A stretch of 63,861 nucleotides of DNA, filler included, from Hyphochytrium catenoides (taxonomy: Eukaryota > Protista > Hyphochytriomycota): assembly GCA_900088475.1 (NCBI GenBank). It is 8 parts of 8 records of this genome, joined end to end, with 100 filler letters (N's around TTAATTAATTAA, not from the genome) between each part and the next. Parts side by side here need not be neighbours in the genome. Positions count along the whole stretch, not along the records: positions 12,432 to 42,648 come from FLMG01004442.1; positions 42,749 to 52,380 come from FLMG01003133.1; 6 more parts are not named here. One strand, 5' to 3'. The position numbers and the translations under genes were made by a program. This document shows positions 37,510 through 49,715 of this stretch, in pieces; position 1 is the first letter of the stretch, and each line of letters starts with the position of its first letter. The notes under the pieces are model-generated. The model saw nothing but the letters and a program-made list of their open reading frames with translations. It was not told the origin of the DNA and ran no database searches.

Positions 37510-40500
37510 ACTATGGCGGTACCTAGCCTGACGCCTACACTAGAACCTAGGATATTAGTACCTACGTTCGACACCTAGACAAACACCTAAACTCTATATT
37601 AGGGCTGAACGTAGGGTAGCATCTATGTTACCACTTATGTTGGCACTTATGCTGGCACATAATCTAGAAAGTTGACAGTAAGCTTGGAAGCAACAACAAT
37701 TGCAACAAGGCTGGCGGGAGGCGACTAGGCGAAGCCAGTATTCCTATTGACGATACTTACGGCTAAACACGGAGATCTTATCCTCAGCTTTGTCTTACCT
37801 GTACGGCAGCAATACTTTCTGCCATCTCCCGTCCGTCCCTACAAGCCACTGGTGCTCCTAGATGGTGCCATCATGTGATGACCTACTACAAATTTTTATA
37901 TATATTGGCACGTGATTGTACACGTTGCCACGCTTTTTAGTGTCGAGACGCCAGCCTCCTTCTGTGTCTGGTCTTCCAGACCGTAAGGTGAGATCAGCCT
38001 ATGATAAAGTATCCAGCCCTTTTTCCTTTTTTAGCCAACCAGCACTCCTGCTTGAGACCGACACTGCTGCTTAGGGGAAGAATTCGATACCCCCACCAGT
38101 TCATGAAAACCCAGGTTGCCACACAGACTAGGAGGACTGACATAGGCACGTGCCCTATTTACGCAGTACCATCGCGGGCCACTGTGATAAGGACAGCTAA
38201 GGTGCTTGGGAACAACTCTCCTTGAATAAGTACTCACTGCTGAGCTATACGACTCTTGGTGAAGCAGGAGCACGGTACCGCCTGTATCAGAAAGAGCCTC
38301 AGTACTTATGCTGCTGGACTTGGAGGCGTCGGACTAAAGCAGCATTGCGGTCCCAAGCTTATTGAGAAAGAATTAAGACCTCCATCGTGTTATTACGCAG
38401 CACCCAGAATGTCCTTAATATCTTGCGGATGACGATGTTCCTTTTGGTCTCTTGTGATATTATGACAATCCCTCTACTGGTTGTCCCCAAAGAAAGGCTG
38501 TTGCCTAGGCTGTATCTGATCCGGGCAGGCCCAGAGACTGGGAACCTAAACTCGGACCAAACCGGTAACCATCGCTGGCACAACAATTCCGCGTCCAAGA
38601 GGGCACTATCCTGGTTCATACGCTAGCACCTAGACTGGGTTATTGGCCCGGCATCTAGTTTGGGCGTCAATGCGGATTTCTAGCCAGCTAAGGCTGCATC
38701 TATGTCAGTCCTGCTTAGGGTTAGGCTGACACAGCGGCTGCAACCTATGCTAGCACGTGCAGCTGTCACCTTAGCTGGGCTGTGCCTAAGGCTTTCACAA
38801 TGACTGGGGTCAGGCAGGCTACCATGAAAGATGGCACTTCGACCAGCACCAAGACTGGCACCAAGACGGTACCAAGGCTGGTATCTAGACTTGTTGCGGT
38901 ATAGTGCGGTTGTTGGGATCAAGGCTGACACTAAGCGGGAACGTAGACTGGCACCGTAGCTGGGCTGGTCCCTGAGCTGAAACTGTTAGTTGAGTGCTCA
39001 TAGAGAGGTAATGTTGGATCCGTGCTCTTCGTAGGAGAATGATGTATGAATGAATAATCAACTGACGAGTGCTCATCAAGCTCCTCTTGACTAGAGTTCT
39101 TATTGCTGAAGTACTAAGGTTTCTACCCGCGAGCTATCATCACTGAGCTACTTCCTATACGCTTAAGTCCATAGATAAAAGTGCAACACACGTAAGATAG
39201 AAGTAGTAACGGAGAGAAGTGAGATTCTATCCAAAAAAAAATCATGAAGGAAGAAAGGCTTCTTTCAAGAGCTTCTGTCCTTGTGTCCAGCGAAGAAGTT
39301 CGGAGCGAGAGCGGGATCAGACCTTCCATCTGCAAAGTCTAGCGCAGAAGAGCAGCACGGCATAGTACAGCGACAGTGCGAGACAGACTTCCAGTAAAGA
39401 GTCCGAACGTCTGCAGAATAAGACTGGCACCTTCCGGTTGTTATTGAAGCTAACGCCGAGCACACAGCAGGCTGGTATTTATGCTAATAAGAAGGTTATA
39501 CAGGCTTTTATCAGAACCGCTGGCACCCTACCTAGCTGATCTGTGTGTGCTACTTGCTGGCAGACGTATTGGACCCAGAACTCACGATTGAAAGGCATAT
39601 TCCGACTTTAACCAAGCGCGGGAGGAGTAGTAGTCCGAGCACTTGCTGTCAACAACTGGGCTCTTTTCCTCTTCTCTTCTCTCACTACTGCCCTCGAGAG
39701 TTTTACGACCTACTCTTTCTCTTCCCTTATTATGCCTCCTTTCTTCTGTCTTATTTTCTCAATCACTTTGCCCTTGCTGTTTATAGGATCCTCTACTTAT
39801 TTATCTAGGTAAAATACTCCCTCTGAAGGAAAGTCGCATACAGTAGTTTCCGCGAAAGTCTTCTTCTGCTTGTTTGCCTGCATCAGGGTCTGGCCAGCCA
39901 AGCTAACGACAGGGCTAACGGACTCCACGAAGGCTTTCTTGCGGGTTACTTCTTATCAGGCGTGGACCTACTGAGGTGGCCTATCGGGGTGGCACTTAAT
40001 GTCGATATGAAGCTGGCGGCAGCCAGGAGGGCACCTAGGATGGAAGCTAGGTTATGAAGTTTGAAGCGGACGCCGTTGTTGGCTTGTAAGGCGGGTAAAG
40101 GCTATTTCTAAAGGTGGTGGGGCCTATGGTGGCACCTAGGCTACTAGCATCTCGTAACTAAGTTGACTAGGTTGGCAGTCACATCTGCCACCTAGGGTTG
40201 CACCAAGGAGGAGGAGGGCAGTTATATAGGATGGCGTTTAGCCAGGCAGATACGGGTTGCATCCTACTTCGTAGACTGGACAAAGACTACCAGTTCATAC
40301 CTTACCCTGACAACTCTGATGGCAACTTTGGCTGGCACCTACCAAGCTTTCACCTAACCTGGTCAAAAAAATATCATCTAGCCTGGCGGTAGGGCTTGCA
40401 CTATGTTTTCCCTTAGGCTCGGCCCTAGAATGGCCCCAGAAATAGCACCTTTAGCTGGCACCTAGGCGTACCTCACTCTTTATTATCCCTGCCATTAGGC

Positions 40501-40680
40501 TGGCAACGAAGGGTGAAATATAAGCTGGTCAGGGCTCCTAAGCTTTTAATCCAAGATCCTGCTAACTGGCGCCTAGGTGTCAGAGGGAAGCTGGCTCCTA
40601 GGGTGGCACCTAAACTGGCATCTATGGCTGGTATTAAGGTTGGCACGTAGACCTATATGAAGGACTGGCTTGAGGCTTCC
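37510..40680. repeat. Degenerate ~12-bp satellite (GGCTGGCACCTA-like), right block, interspersed with unique sequence
   Basis: Motif resumes directly after the right TIR, with clusters at 37510-37730, 38620-38990 and 39960-40680. Confidence 0.7.
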
Positions 40681-42648
40681 ATCTGCCTCTCTCTTAATCT
40701 TGCCCGCTCCTGGTATCATAACCATTCTTATTATGTTCTCCCTTGCCTCAACCGCTAGGACAACTCTTTGTCTCCTCTTCGTTCCCGGCAGGCTTTCTGC
40801 CCTTTACTTAGCCTCTTCTATCTCTTCCGTCTTTGCTTGAGCCCTAGTCGCCGTTTAGATAGATTCACTAACTTCTATTTGCCACCGCTTTCCTTTGTCC
40901 CACCTTATCCAGCCTCTCCCCTCCATCACTCTTCTTTCCCATGTTCCTCTCTCTCTCTTGTCCTATACATACCACATGTACATGACGTAATGTTCAATAT
41001 CTACTTCATGCTCCAAGCATTCCCTATCTTTCTCACTCTGTCCTTGTCCTCCTAAACAATCTCTCTATCTATCTTGTTATACTCTCTCACGCCAAAGTGG
41101 ACCTCTTCTCCTTCTACACATTCTGTAACCCAATTATAAGTCGCAGTCTTCTTATTTAATCATCTGGCCTACTTTCTAACCTTCCCAGCTAAACGACCAA
41201 CTTCTACTAACCTCAACAATCCTCTCTAACCTCATGGTTTCTCTTTGCAGCTGTTTTTAAAGCACCCTTTTTGCCTCCTCTCCAACGTACAGGTTCTTAG
41301 TAGTAGGTCCTAGCATTTCTTATTCTCCTTCACTTCTGAATGAGCCCAGCTCTCAGTCTCATCTTGCAATCGCAGTTGTCGTAAGTTGAGTTTATTCTCT
41401 GACTAGCGTTACTCTAATGATCAAGGGTTGCGTAAAAGAGTTTCATGACAGATTTAGAGACTGGAGAACGAAATCAGCAAACAAAACGCTCTTCAACCAA
41501 GAATCTTTTGCAAGCAGAAGAGTTGAGGGAAAGGAAAGCGGTAGCGACTACAAAATAGAGGATCAGGGAATAACAGGTTTACGTGGCCAAGGGCACGGAG
41601 GGAGCAGCTCTTCCGGCGTTATGGGCTGATACCTTGTTGACAGGGTGCCTTGATAGCATAACACGTATCTGGTGGTCTGGTGGTACCTACCGTTCGCCCC
41701 ACATGTCACTTTCCACAGCTTCGAGTCTCTTTCTTTACACCGCTTTCGGAGCAACAAGGTGGTGTGAGCACCTGATACAGAGACAGATAAAGACGAAGAT
41801 AAAGGTAAGAGAAAGAGCATCAAGAGTGGTAAAGAGAATGATGTTCGCAAGAATGTCTAGAGTGAAGCAGACCGGCAAGTAGAGTGAGGGACTAAAGCTG
41901 AATTATCGGAGTTGAAGTGACAAGCATATAATCCGTAGGCAAAGAGGTTAAATAACGAAGAGACAGTTTAAGGAAAGGCAAGATAGTGGGGTGCACTTGT
42001 TATAGGATTAAAGAGAGATAAAGATGAACAGCAAGGTGGAAAGGAGAGCATCAGGCAGGATTTGTGCGGAGAAGGGTTTTGGTCGAAAATAAGCAGTAAA
42101 ACAGGGGCGTGGAAGTAAGAGTAAGGGACTCATTGAAGTGCGGTTGTTTACCGAATGTAAAAACAGTGTAAACAAGTCAAAAGGACGGTAAAGTTCAAGG
42201 GGAGTGTGTTACTAAATCTAGGCAGATCAGAAGTTGCTCACGAGGAGTCACTCTCTGCTTAATGGCCAAGGACCAAGCGAGTCAGAAGAAAGAATGGAGC
42301 ACTCTAGGGAGGACCTATCTTACACGGATGAGGAGCAATTCCACAATGGTTTGTATCAGGTGACAGAGTCTGAGACGGAAGCCAAACAGGCGTATACAGC
42401 AGACTAGGTACAGACACTACAGAACATTAACTATGGGAAAGGGGAAGCGACCTACAAGGCAAGTATAACATACAGGAATCAGGACATGAAGGATATGACA
42501 CCTAGGGAGAATGACCCCAAAGGACATGGAAGGAGACATTACCTAGAGAGGGATATTGAAGTAGCCAGAATGCTGCGGATACCTGTCCAAGGTACAGTAT
42601 TTGTGTAGGGCTTACAGGACTTACAAAGGATGTAGGAGAGAACTGACA

Positions 42649-42748
42649 NNNNNNNNNNNNNNNNNNNNNNNNNNNNNNNNNNNNNNNNNNNNTTAATTAA
42701 TTAANNNNNNNNNNNNNNNNNNNNNNNNNNNNNNNNNNNNNNNNNNNN
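42649..42748. other. Artificial contig-joining spacer
   Basis: N44-TTAATTAATTAA-N44. Confidence 0.97.
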
Positions 42749-42865
42749 TCACTTCTTCTCCCCAACACCGCGCGGCAGAGAGACAGTGTCATTGTTGAGC
42801 TTTCCTCGTCTACGACTTGTGTCTCTCTTTTACAGCTCGTGTTTCTCTTGTCTTCCAACGCTGGT

Positions 42866-42962
42866 ATGGGAATGACAAGCAAGATCAACCGCATCGGCTT
42901 CATCGGATCTGGAAGGGTGGCGGAGAGTATTGCCAGGGTCCTGACCAGTATGTGAACTCCCT

Positions 42963-43017
<55 letters not shown>

Positions 43018-43191
43018 CATGCGATCTTTCTTTGGCTTTCCCCTCTCTCCACTCTCCCTCTCTTCTATATCCCTCAAGATCTTTCCCTTTCCCCGCTCTC
43101 CCTCTTCCTCTCCCATCCCCACGTGGATCCAACATCCTCTCCCTTCCCATGGCCACACCCTCTGACTTCTCCCCTTCTCTTTCTCTCTCTC

Positions 43192-43223
<32 letters not shown>

Positions 43224-44892
43224 CCTTATCCTGCAGAGACAGTGCGGCCCAAGAGAGAGTTTGACTATCGTCGTCAGAAGCTTGTCTCTAATCTTTTAGC
43301 CTCTGATCCTTCTCCTGAGCGCCGCGCTCTCTTCAACTCTTTGGGCTTTTCTACAACGACGAACAATGCAGATGTCCTGGAAGCCAGCGACCTTGTCTTT
43401 CTCACGATTAGGCCTTCAGAGACGCACGCCGTCATTGATACACTTAACGTAAGAGAGAGAAAGAGAGAGAGAGAGAGGAAGAAGAGTTTACTTGTCCGGG
43501 CTGACTATCTTTTTCTGCTTGTATGTCCTCCTTCTTTCTTTCTTGGCTTGCTTCAGTTTCTCTCTCTATTTTCTCATCTTCTCTCCCTCGGTCTCGCGCC
43601 TCTCGTCCTGTGTGTCAAGCCTTTATTCTCTATCCTTGTCAACCTTTTGATCGTAAAGCTGTCTCACAAACACGGTATCTCTCTCTCTCTTCTTTCTCTC
43701 TCTCTTCTTCCCTTTCTCTTTTCCTCTTTCTTCTTTACAGCGGCTACCCAGAGATAACAAGCTGCTGGTCTCGGTCGTCGGTGGCGTCCCTTGCGGCGTG
43801 CTGGAGAAGTTCCTAAGCAATAACAACGCTAGAGTCCTCCAGTTGATCCCTTCTCCCTCTCTCTCTTCAACCTCTTCTCTCTCTCTCTCGTCAACCTCTT
43901 CTCTCTCTCCTTCTCTTCCTTCTTTCTTGGATGGCGACAAGGAGAGACTTAAAGCCAAGCTAGCGGTTGGCAGCCATGTTCGAGAGGAAGAGCTGCAGGA
44001 TCTTCTCTCTCTCATGGACAGCTCTCTAGAGATTGAACTCCAATCAGAGAAAGAAGTCGAGACTCTCCCGCAATCTTTTGGTCTTGTTCTCAACTCATTG
44101 AAGAAAATCTATGGACAGCTCACTGATACCTCAGCCCAAGGCATTCAGCGGTATGTCCTAGGAGAAGAGATTGGACGAGGAAGATTCGGCGTGGTGTACA
44201 ACGGGATGGGACCTGAAGGAGAAGTCCTGGCTGTCAAGAAGGTAGAGAAAGACGTGGCTGACGATGTGGTCAATATTGAGGACGTTAGGAGAGAGGGCGA
44301 GATCCTCTCTCTTCTCTCGCAGCAGGAGAGAGTACTGAAGCTCTTTGACGTGGTAGAAGACGAAAAGGCGATGTATGTCATCACAGAGTACATGGAAGGT
44401 GGCAATCTCTTTGAGAGACTCAGAGAGAAAGGGAGCTTCTCCGAGGAAGAGACGAAGACTCTCATTCGAGGCTTGGTCGAGACAATCAGTGAAATGCATG
44501 AGAAGAACGTCGTTCATCGCGATCTCAAGCCTGAGAATATTCTGATGGTCTCGAAGGACAGACATGACCTAAACTTTGTCTTGGCAGACTTTGGACTGGC
44601 CAAGCAGCTGCCGCATGATGGCGCTGAGTTCTCCGATCACTGTGGTTCTACNNNNNNNNNNNNNNNNNNNNNNNNNNNNNNNNNNNNNNNNNNNNNNNNN
44701 NNNNNNNNNNNNNNNTGGACCTTCAACCGCCAGACGTGGGCTGAGATATCTGAGGATGCCAAGAAGTTTATCCACGCGGCGCTGGTTGTCAATCCTCAGC
44801 GCCGCGCCACTGTGGACCAGCTGAAGGAGCATGAGTGGCTGCGAGAGAGGGCTGAGGAGCATCCTGAGCCGATGAAAGCTTTGGCTGTTTGA
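42866..44892 (+). CDS. Fusion protein: pyrroline-5-carboxylate-reductase-like NAD(P)-binding domain + CaMK-group Ser/Thr kinase (3 exons; N gap in kinase C-lobe)
   Basis: Exon 1 RIGFIGSGRVAESIA. Exon 2 ASDPSPER..TTNNADVLEASDLVFLTIRP. Exon 3 KLLVSVVGGVP..RVLQLIP continues in frame into IGRGRFGVV, AVK, HRDLKPEN, DFG and ISEDAK..HEW. Confidence 0.85.
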
Positions 44893-45786
44893 GCTACAAG
44901 CACCTTCCCGTTCCTTGTCAACTCGTCTCTATGGTTTGTTCGTTGCTCCATGCATTTTTGTCTTCGTCCTGCTCTCTTTGTCCCGACCGCGTCCAGCCCA
45001 TAGCCCTTGCAGGGTCTCATTTTTAAACAAATAAAGGAAACTAGTCTTTCAGCGTTCTATTCTGCTGTGGGCGCAGTGCTGTCGTCAATGCAGAGAGAAA
45101 GCGAGAGAGAGAGATGCAAGGCTTAAGTGCAAGAGCCAAAGGATGACTGGATTAGCGTCAACGTTATGATGTTCGGGTTATGCTGGTGGAGGGGCATGGC
45201 AGTTGGGAACAAGGATCTCCAATCTCCCTCTTATCTCCTTCCCCTTGCCAGATTCCCTTCCCTTAGAAAGAAGCAATCCTCACCACCCTCTCTAAAGGCA
45301 CGACCGAGGGCACGAGAGAGATGAAGAGAAAGCGAAGGCGGGCAAGATGGCGAGGGAAAGAAAGAGAGACATCGTAGATAGATGGGTCAGATGGATAGGG
45401 CAAATAGTGTGTCATGTTAGAGTTTTGAGGAGGAGTAAAGAGAGAGAGAAAAGACACCAGGAGAAGGAACGCCGGAAAGTGGAGGGTTGGGGTGGGGGTG
45501 GGAGAAGAGAGAGAAGGAGAGAGAGAGAGAAAAGAGAGAGAGAGAGAAAAGAGTGACCAGCATAAGAGGCCAAGGCCCAAAATGGATTCAAATCATTGAT
45601 GTTGAGTGTGGATTACTATCTTACTGACTGTATGTCTCGCGATGAGCGCTATGTACAAGAGACCCGTCCTCTTCTAACTCCTCTTCTCTTTAATCTCTTC
45701 AAAGCCAAAAACGAAGACAAGGGCGAGAGAGAGAAGGAACGGGGCCTGCCTAGGTTATGGCTCTTTCACAAAGGCAGGACAGAGGC

Positions 45787-47733
45787 TCAAGCCTCCCTGT
45801 CCGCGGGTCTCTCTAACAACGTATAGCCCTCCTCATCTTCCTCTGCAAGCTCCAGGTCTTCATCCTCTCCTTCCAGTTCCAAGAGCTCAATATCTTCCTC
45901 TCTCTCGCTCTCAGCAGTCTCCCTCTTGGGCTTCTCAATCATAGAAGCATGAAGGCCTTCTGTCAGAGCTTCAGGGAGAGAGAGAGACTCTACATCATCG
46001 GCCAGGATGTAGTCATAGAGCATCTCCTCTGAGAGAACACCTTCCTCTTCCTCTGATGCAAGAGAGAGACCTCCTTTCTTCCGGAAAAGGTCAGTGATGT
46101 TCTTGCAGTCCCTTGCGAGGAACTCCAAGGCCCGTGGATGCGAGCGAGGATCCACAGCCTGCCCAAAGTCAATGATCCAGCACTTCTTCTCGTGATAGAG
46201 GATGTTATAGCCGCTGAGATCGGCGTGCACCAAGTGTGCGTACTGATACAGAGCGCGCATTTGATTTGCAATCTAGACAGAGTGAGAAAGAGATCGTTAG
46301 CGCACAGTTGTTCAGACCTGTTGACATGCCTCTCCGTCTCCTATTCCTTCTCTCTCTCGTCTCAAGAGATCTTGCCATTGTCTTTTGCATTGCGTTTTCT
46401 TCTTCCCCTCTCTTACCTCATAGTAGGCACTCTGCCACCTGGACTTTGAGAGCTCTGCGAGCCTTAACTGAGGAGCAGGGTGCCCATCTTTGCCTAAGAA
46501 TGACATCACAATCACGTGTTTCCTTCTATAAATGGGCGTCGGAACAGCGAGACCAGCCCGATGAGCTCTCCTCAGGTTGGCATCTTCTTTCTGCGCCCAC
46601 GTCTTGATCTGGTCGGTGATGGAAGCCTTAGAGTAGCTACCGCCATAGCGATGATCTCCATCTACATAGTCGCCTCTGTTCCTAAAGTCTGAGAGCGTGG
46701 TCCTGAAGATTTTCACGGCATAATCCACCTCTGGCCCATTGATATCTATATCTTCGAGCTTCAGAAAGCCTCCGTCAGTGAGGCGGTGCTCTACGCCTCT
46801 CCCCTGGTAGATATTCGCCTCTTTCCCTGTCGCCACGCAGCCGTCTAACTCATTGAGAACGCCAGCGTTGACTAACTTCATCAGCATAATCCTAGTAACG
46901 CGGTCCAGCACCGTGTCTGTCGTCGCTCTTTGAGCTGTCTCCACTCTCCCTGTCGTCTTTATTCCTTTAGCGCTGTCTTTCTTCAGCTCTCTTCGAAGAG
47001 CATTGGCTGCCCGGTTGGGAAGAACCACGTCTCCTATAATAATGTCATGCTCCCGCTCCACGCCCTTTGCGTTTCTCCTGCCACAGACCTCAAGATCGTG
47101 CTTGCTGATCACTTTGCCCTCTTCGTTTCGATAAAGGCCACCACGCATGCGACCTCTGCGCGCCGCCGCGGGTCTGTCTGCTCCATCGTCATCGGCAAAA
47201 GCTTCAGCAGCATCTGTGAGATGCTGCAGGCGTTCCATCTCAGGAGTGCGATGCTTGTCATTGTTCAGCGGATCGTCGTAGTAGGCAATGCGCACTTTCT
47301 GAGAAGTGCCTTGCCGATAGCGGAGTATCTTCTGTCTCTCTTCATATTCTGATCGCTCTTGGGCTTGAAGATGCAGCGCCAACGCCAGATCTGCGTCTCC
47401 ATCGTGAACTAAAGCTTCTCCTTTCTCCATGGAAGGGGCTCCACTCTCTTCTGAAGAAGGTCCAGATGATGAGCCAGCAGCAGCAACAACAGCTGGAGGA
47501 GTAACAGATGCAGTCGGAAGAGAGACCGATGACGCATTCTTCCCGGCAAGCTCCATCTCTTGGATCTGCAGGGCAAGCGCTAGGTCTAGGTCTTGGCTAT
47601 CCACGCCGCTCTCAAAGTAGACAGGATCCATCACTGGTGCCGCCTCTTCCGTCTCAAACTGCGCGCTGTAGCTGACTCCCACCGGCGCATCGAAGCGCTT
47701 CCACTGTGTCTTCTTCCGCGCCTTGGTTGCCAT
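45787..47733 (-). CDS. RIOK3: RIO atypical kinase, RIO3-like
   Basis: ATGKEANIY, YAVKIFRT..FRNRGDYVDGDHR, LVHADLSGYNILY and IIDFGQAV. The N-extension has DLALAL.LQ repeats and SKHDLEVCGRRN. One intron at ~46278-46417. Confidence 0.85.
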
Positions 47734-47938
47734 CTCGTCCAAGCTTCTCGCTAACTTTCTCACAGTCCTAGTTCGACTCTGTCTGTGGATACCTGGCCCC
47801 AGTGGCTAGAGACCCGTCCTGCTCTGTCGCAGGAGGAGGGAAGAAGAATGAATGACAAGGAAGAGAACGGTCACCTTCGTTTTTCCCTCTCATCTCTTCT
47901 CCTCGACGGAAGCTGGGAGACAAACTTGGAAACGTTAG

Positions 47939-48027
<89 letters not shown>

Positions 48028-48438
48028 GTGGACACGCACTCTCTCTCTCCGTCTCCTATCTCACCCCAATGCAAATTGTTCTGAGGTCCCTAGCTCCAAG
48101 TAGGAAATAGGAAGGGGCCTCGTGAAAGATCCCACTTTACCATCGAAGGTGACCGAAGAGAGAGAGAGAGAGAGAGAGAGAGGAAGGAAAGAGAAAGAAA
48201 GAGAGAGGATGACACAAGAAGCTGGTGAAACACAAAGCCAGAGAGTAGGAAGAGACAGAGATGGAGGAACAAAGAAGTTGAGAGACAGAGAAAGAAAGAG
48301 AGGTCAAGAGATGAGTATGAGGATGAAGTCAGGAAGGAGAGCGAGAGCTAGAACGAGAGAGAGACAGAGAGAGAGAGACAGATAGAGAGAGAGAGAGACA
48401 GAGAGAGAGAGACAGAGACACAGAGAGAGAGACAGAGA

Positions 48439-48470
<32 letters not shown>

Positions 48471-49715
48471 AGACGGCTGGAAGGAGATAAAGAGAAGAGA
48501 GAGAGGACGAAGTAAGGAGGCAGACAAAGTATGACAGAGAAAGAGGGAGATGGCAAAGAGAGAGAGAAGGGAAGAGAGACAGAGAGCAGAAGACAGCGAA
48601 AGTGTGAGAGAACTAGATAGTCAATGCGGCTAACGTTCAGACGTATTTCTTTCGTTCTATATACTACTCTACAATGAGGAATTGCCCGGGCGGTTAATGT
48701 TTAGTCGCAGTGGGGATTGGGAGTGGTACCGTGCCGTAAATTCCCAGAAGTTTCGGCACTGACATCACAGCAAAAACAAATATCACCTAGAGTTATCAGT
48801 TATCTTCCAATTGATACCAGTAATCTGATTCCTGAAGCATGTTGCGGTAATCGCCCATTACCAGCACTTAGTTACCTTCGAAACTCCTCTATCCGTGATG
48901 AAATTGCTCTTATCGGGAATAAAGGGACATGGTCCTCAGTACTGTATCTGTACATGTTTTCAGATCTTCGTCTGGCAGAAAAATCTGCAGCTTCATAGTT
49001 TATATCCTCGAGTTACAAAGCTTCAAAAAGAAGCTCCAGAAAGCTTATAGCCTATTGTGGGCTCTGGAAGGTTGAACGAATAGACGATGGAGCATGTTTG
49101 ACGTGCCAGCAACGAGTGATATAGTGGTTCTAGATGAGCTTTTACCGCTTGCAGTTTAAAGGTTGGCTTCAGATACTGCTCGTCTTACTTCGTTGTTAAG
49201 GGCTTAGGGCACAGATCCCATGCGATATGGAGAATGCGTTGATGCTTGGCATGCTTGCTAGCTTACGATGGCTGCGAGTCCAAGCTTAAAACAAGATTCG
49301 CTCCTTAAATCAAAGCCTTCAAGCTGCAGAGACGATAGAACAAGGGCCCATAGCCCTTGGGGACATAGTCACCTGAGAAGATAAAATCTCTATCTCAATC
49401 TCACGATCGATCCCTTGGCCGTCTCATGTGAACTAAGCTGCACCGGGATGCTCCCAGCTGCGCCCCACGACCGACATTGGCCTTCTCTTCTATCAAAAAC
49501 AGATGACTTCCCCTTTCTTGTTTAGCCCCTCGACTTGTTGGCATCCTCCTCCACCACGTCACGTCTGCTTTCTTATTTAGCTCTTCGACAAGGGATGGAG
49601 GCTCTAAGTCATCGCTGTTCTCTATGTGGTGGTCTTGGGCTCCCATTGAGACAAAGCTATACAGGTTCTCAGGATCTTTTCAATGCCGCTGCGTCTTCCA
49701 TGATCTCTACTCTAT

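Noticed and set aside
41400-42648. Retrotransposon gag/ORF1 start
   Set aside because: Purine-rich with short broken ORFs but no zinc knuckle or other diagnostic motif.
44652-44715. Kinase lacking the APE-to-subdomain-X region (pseudokinase)
   Set aside because: The missing part coincides with an N gap of probably underestimated size.
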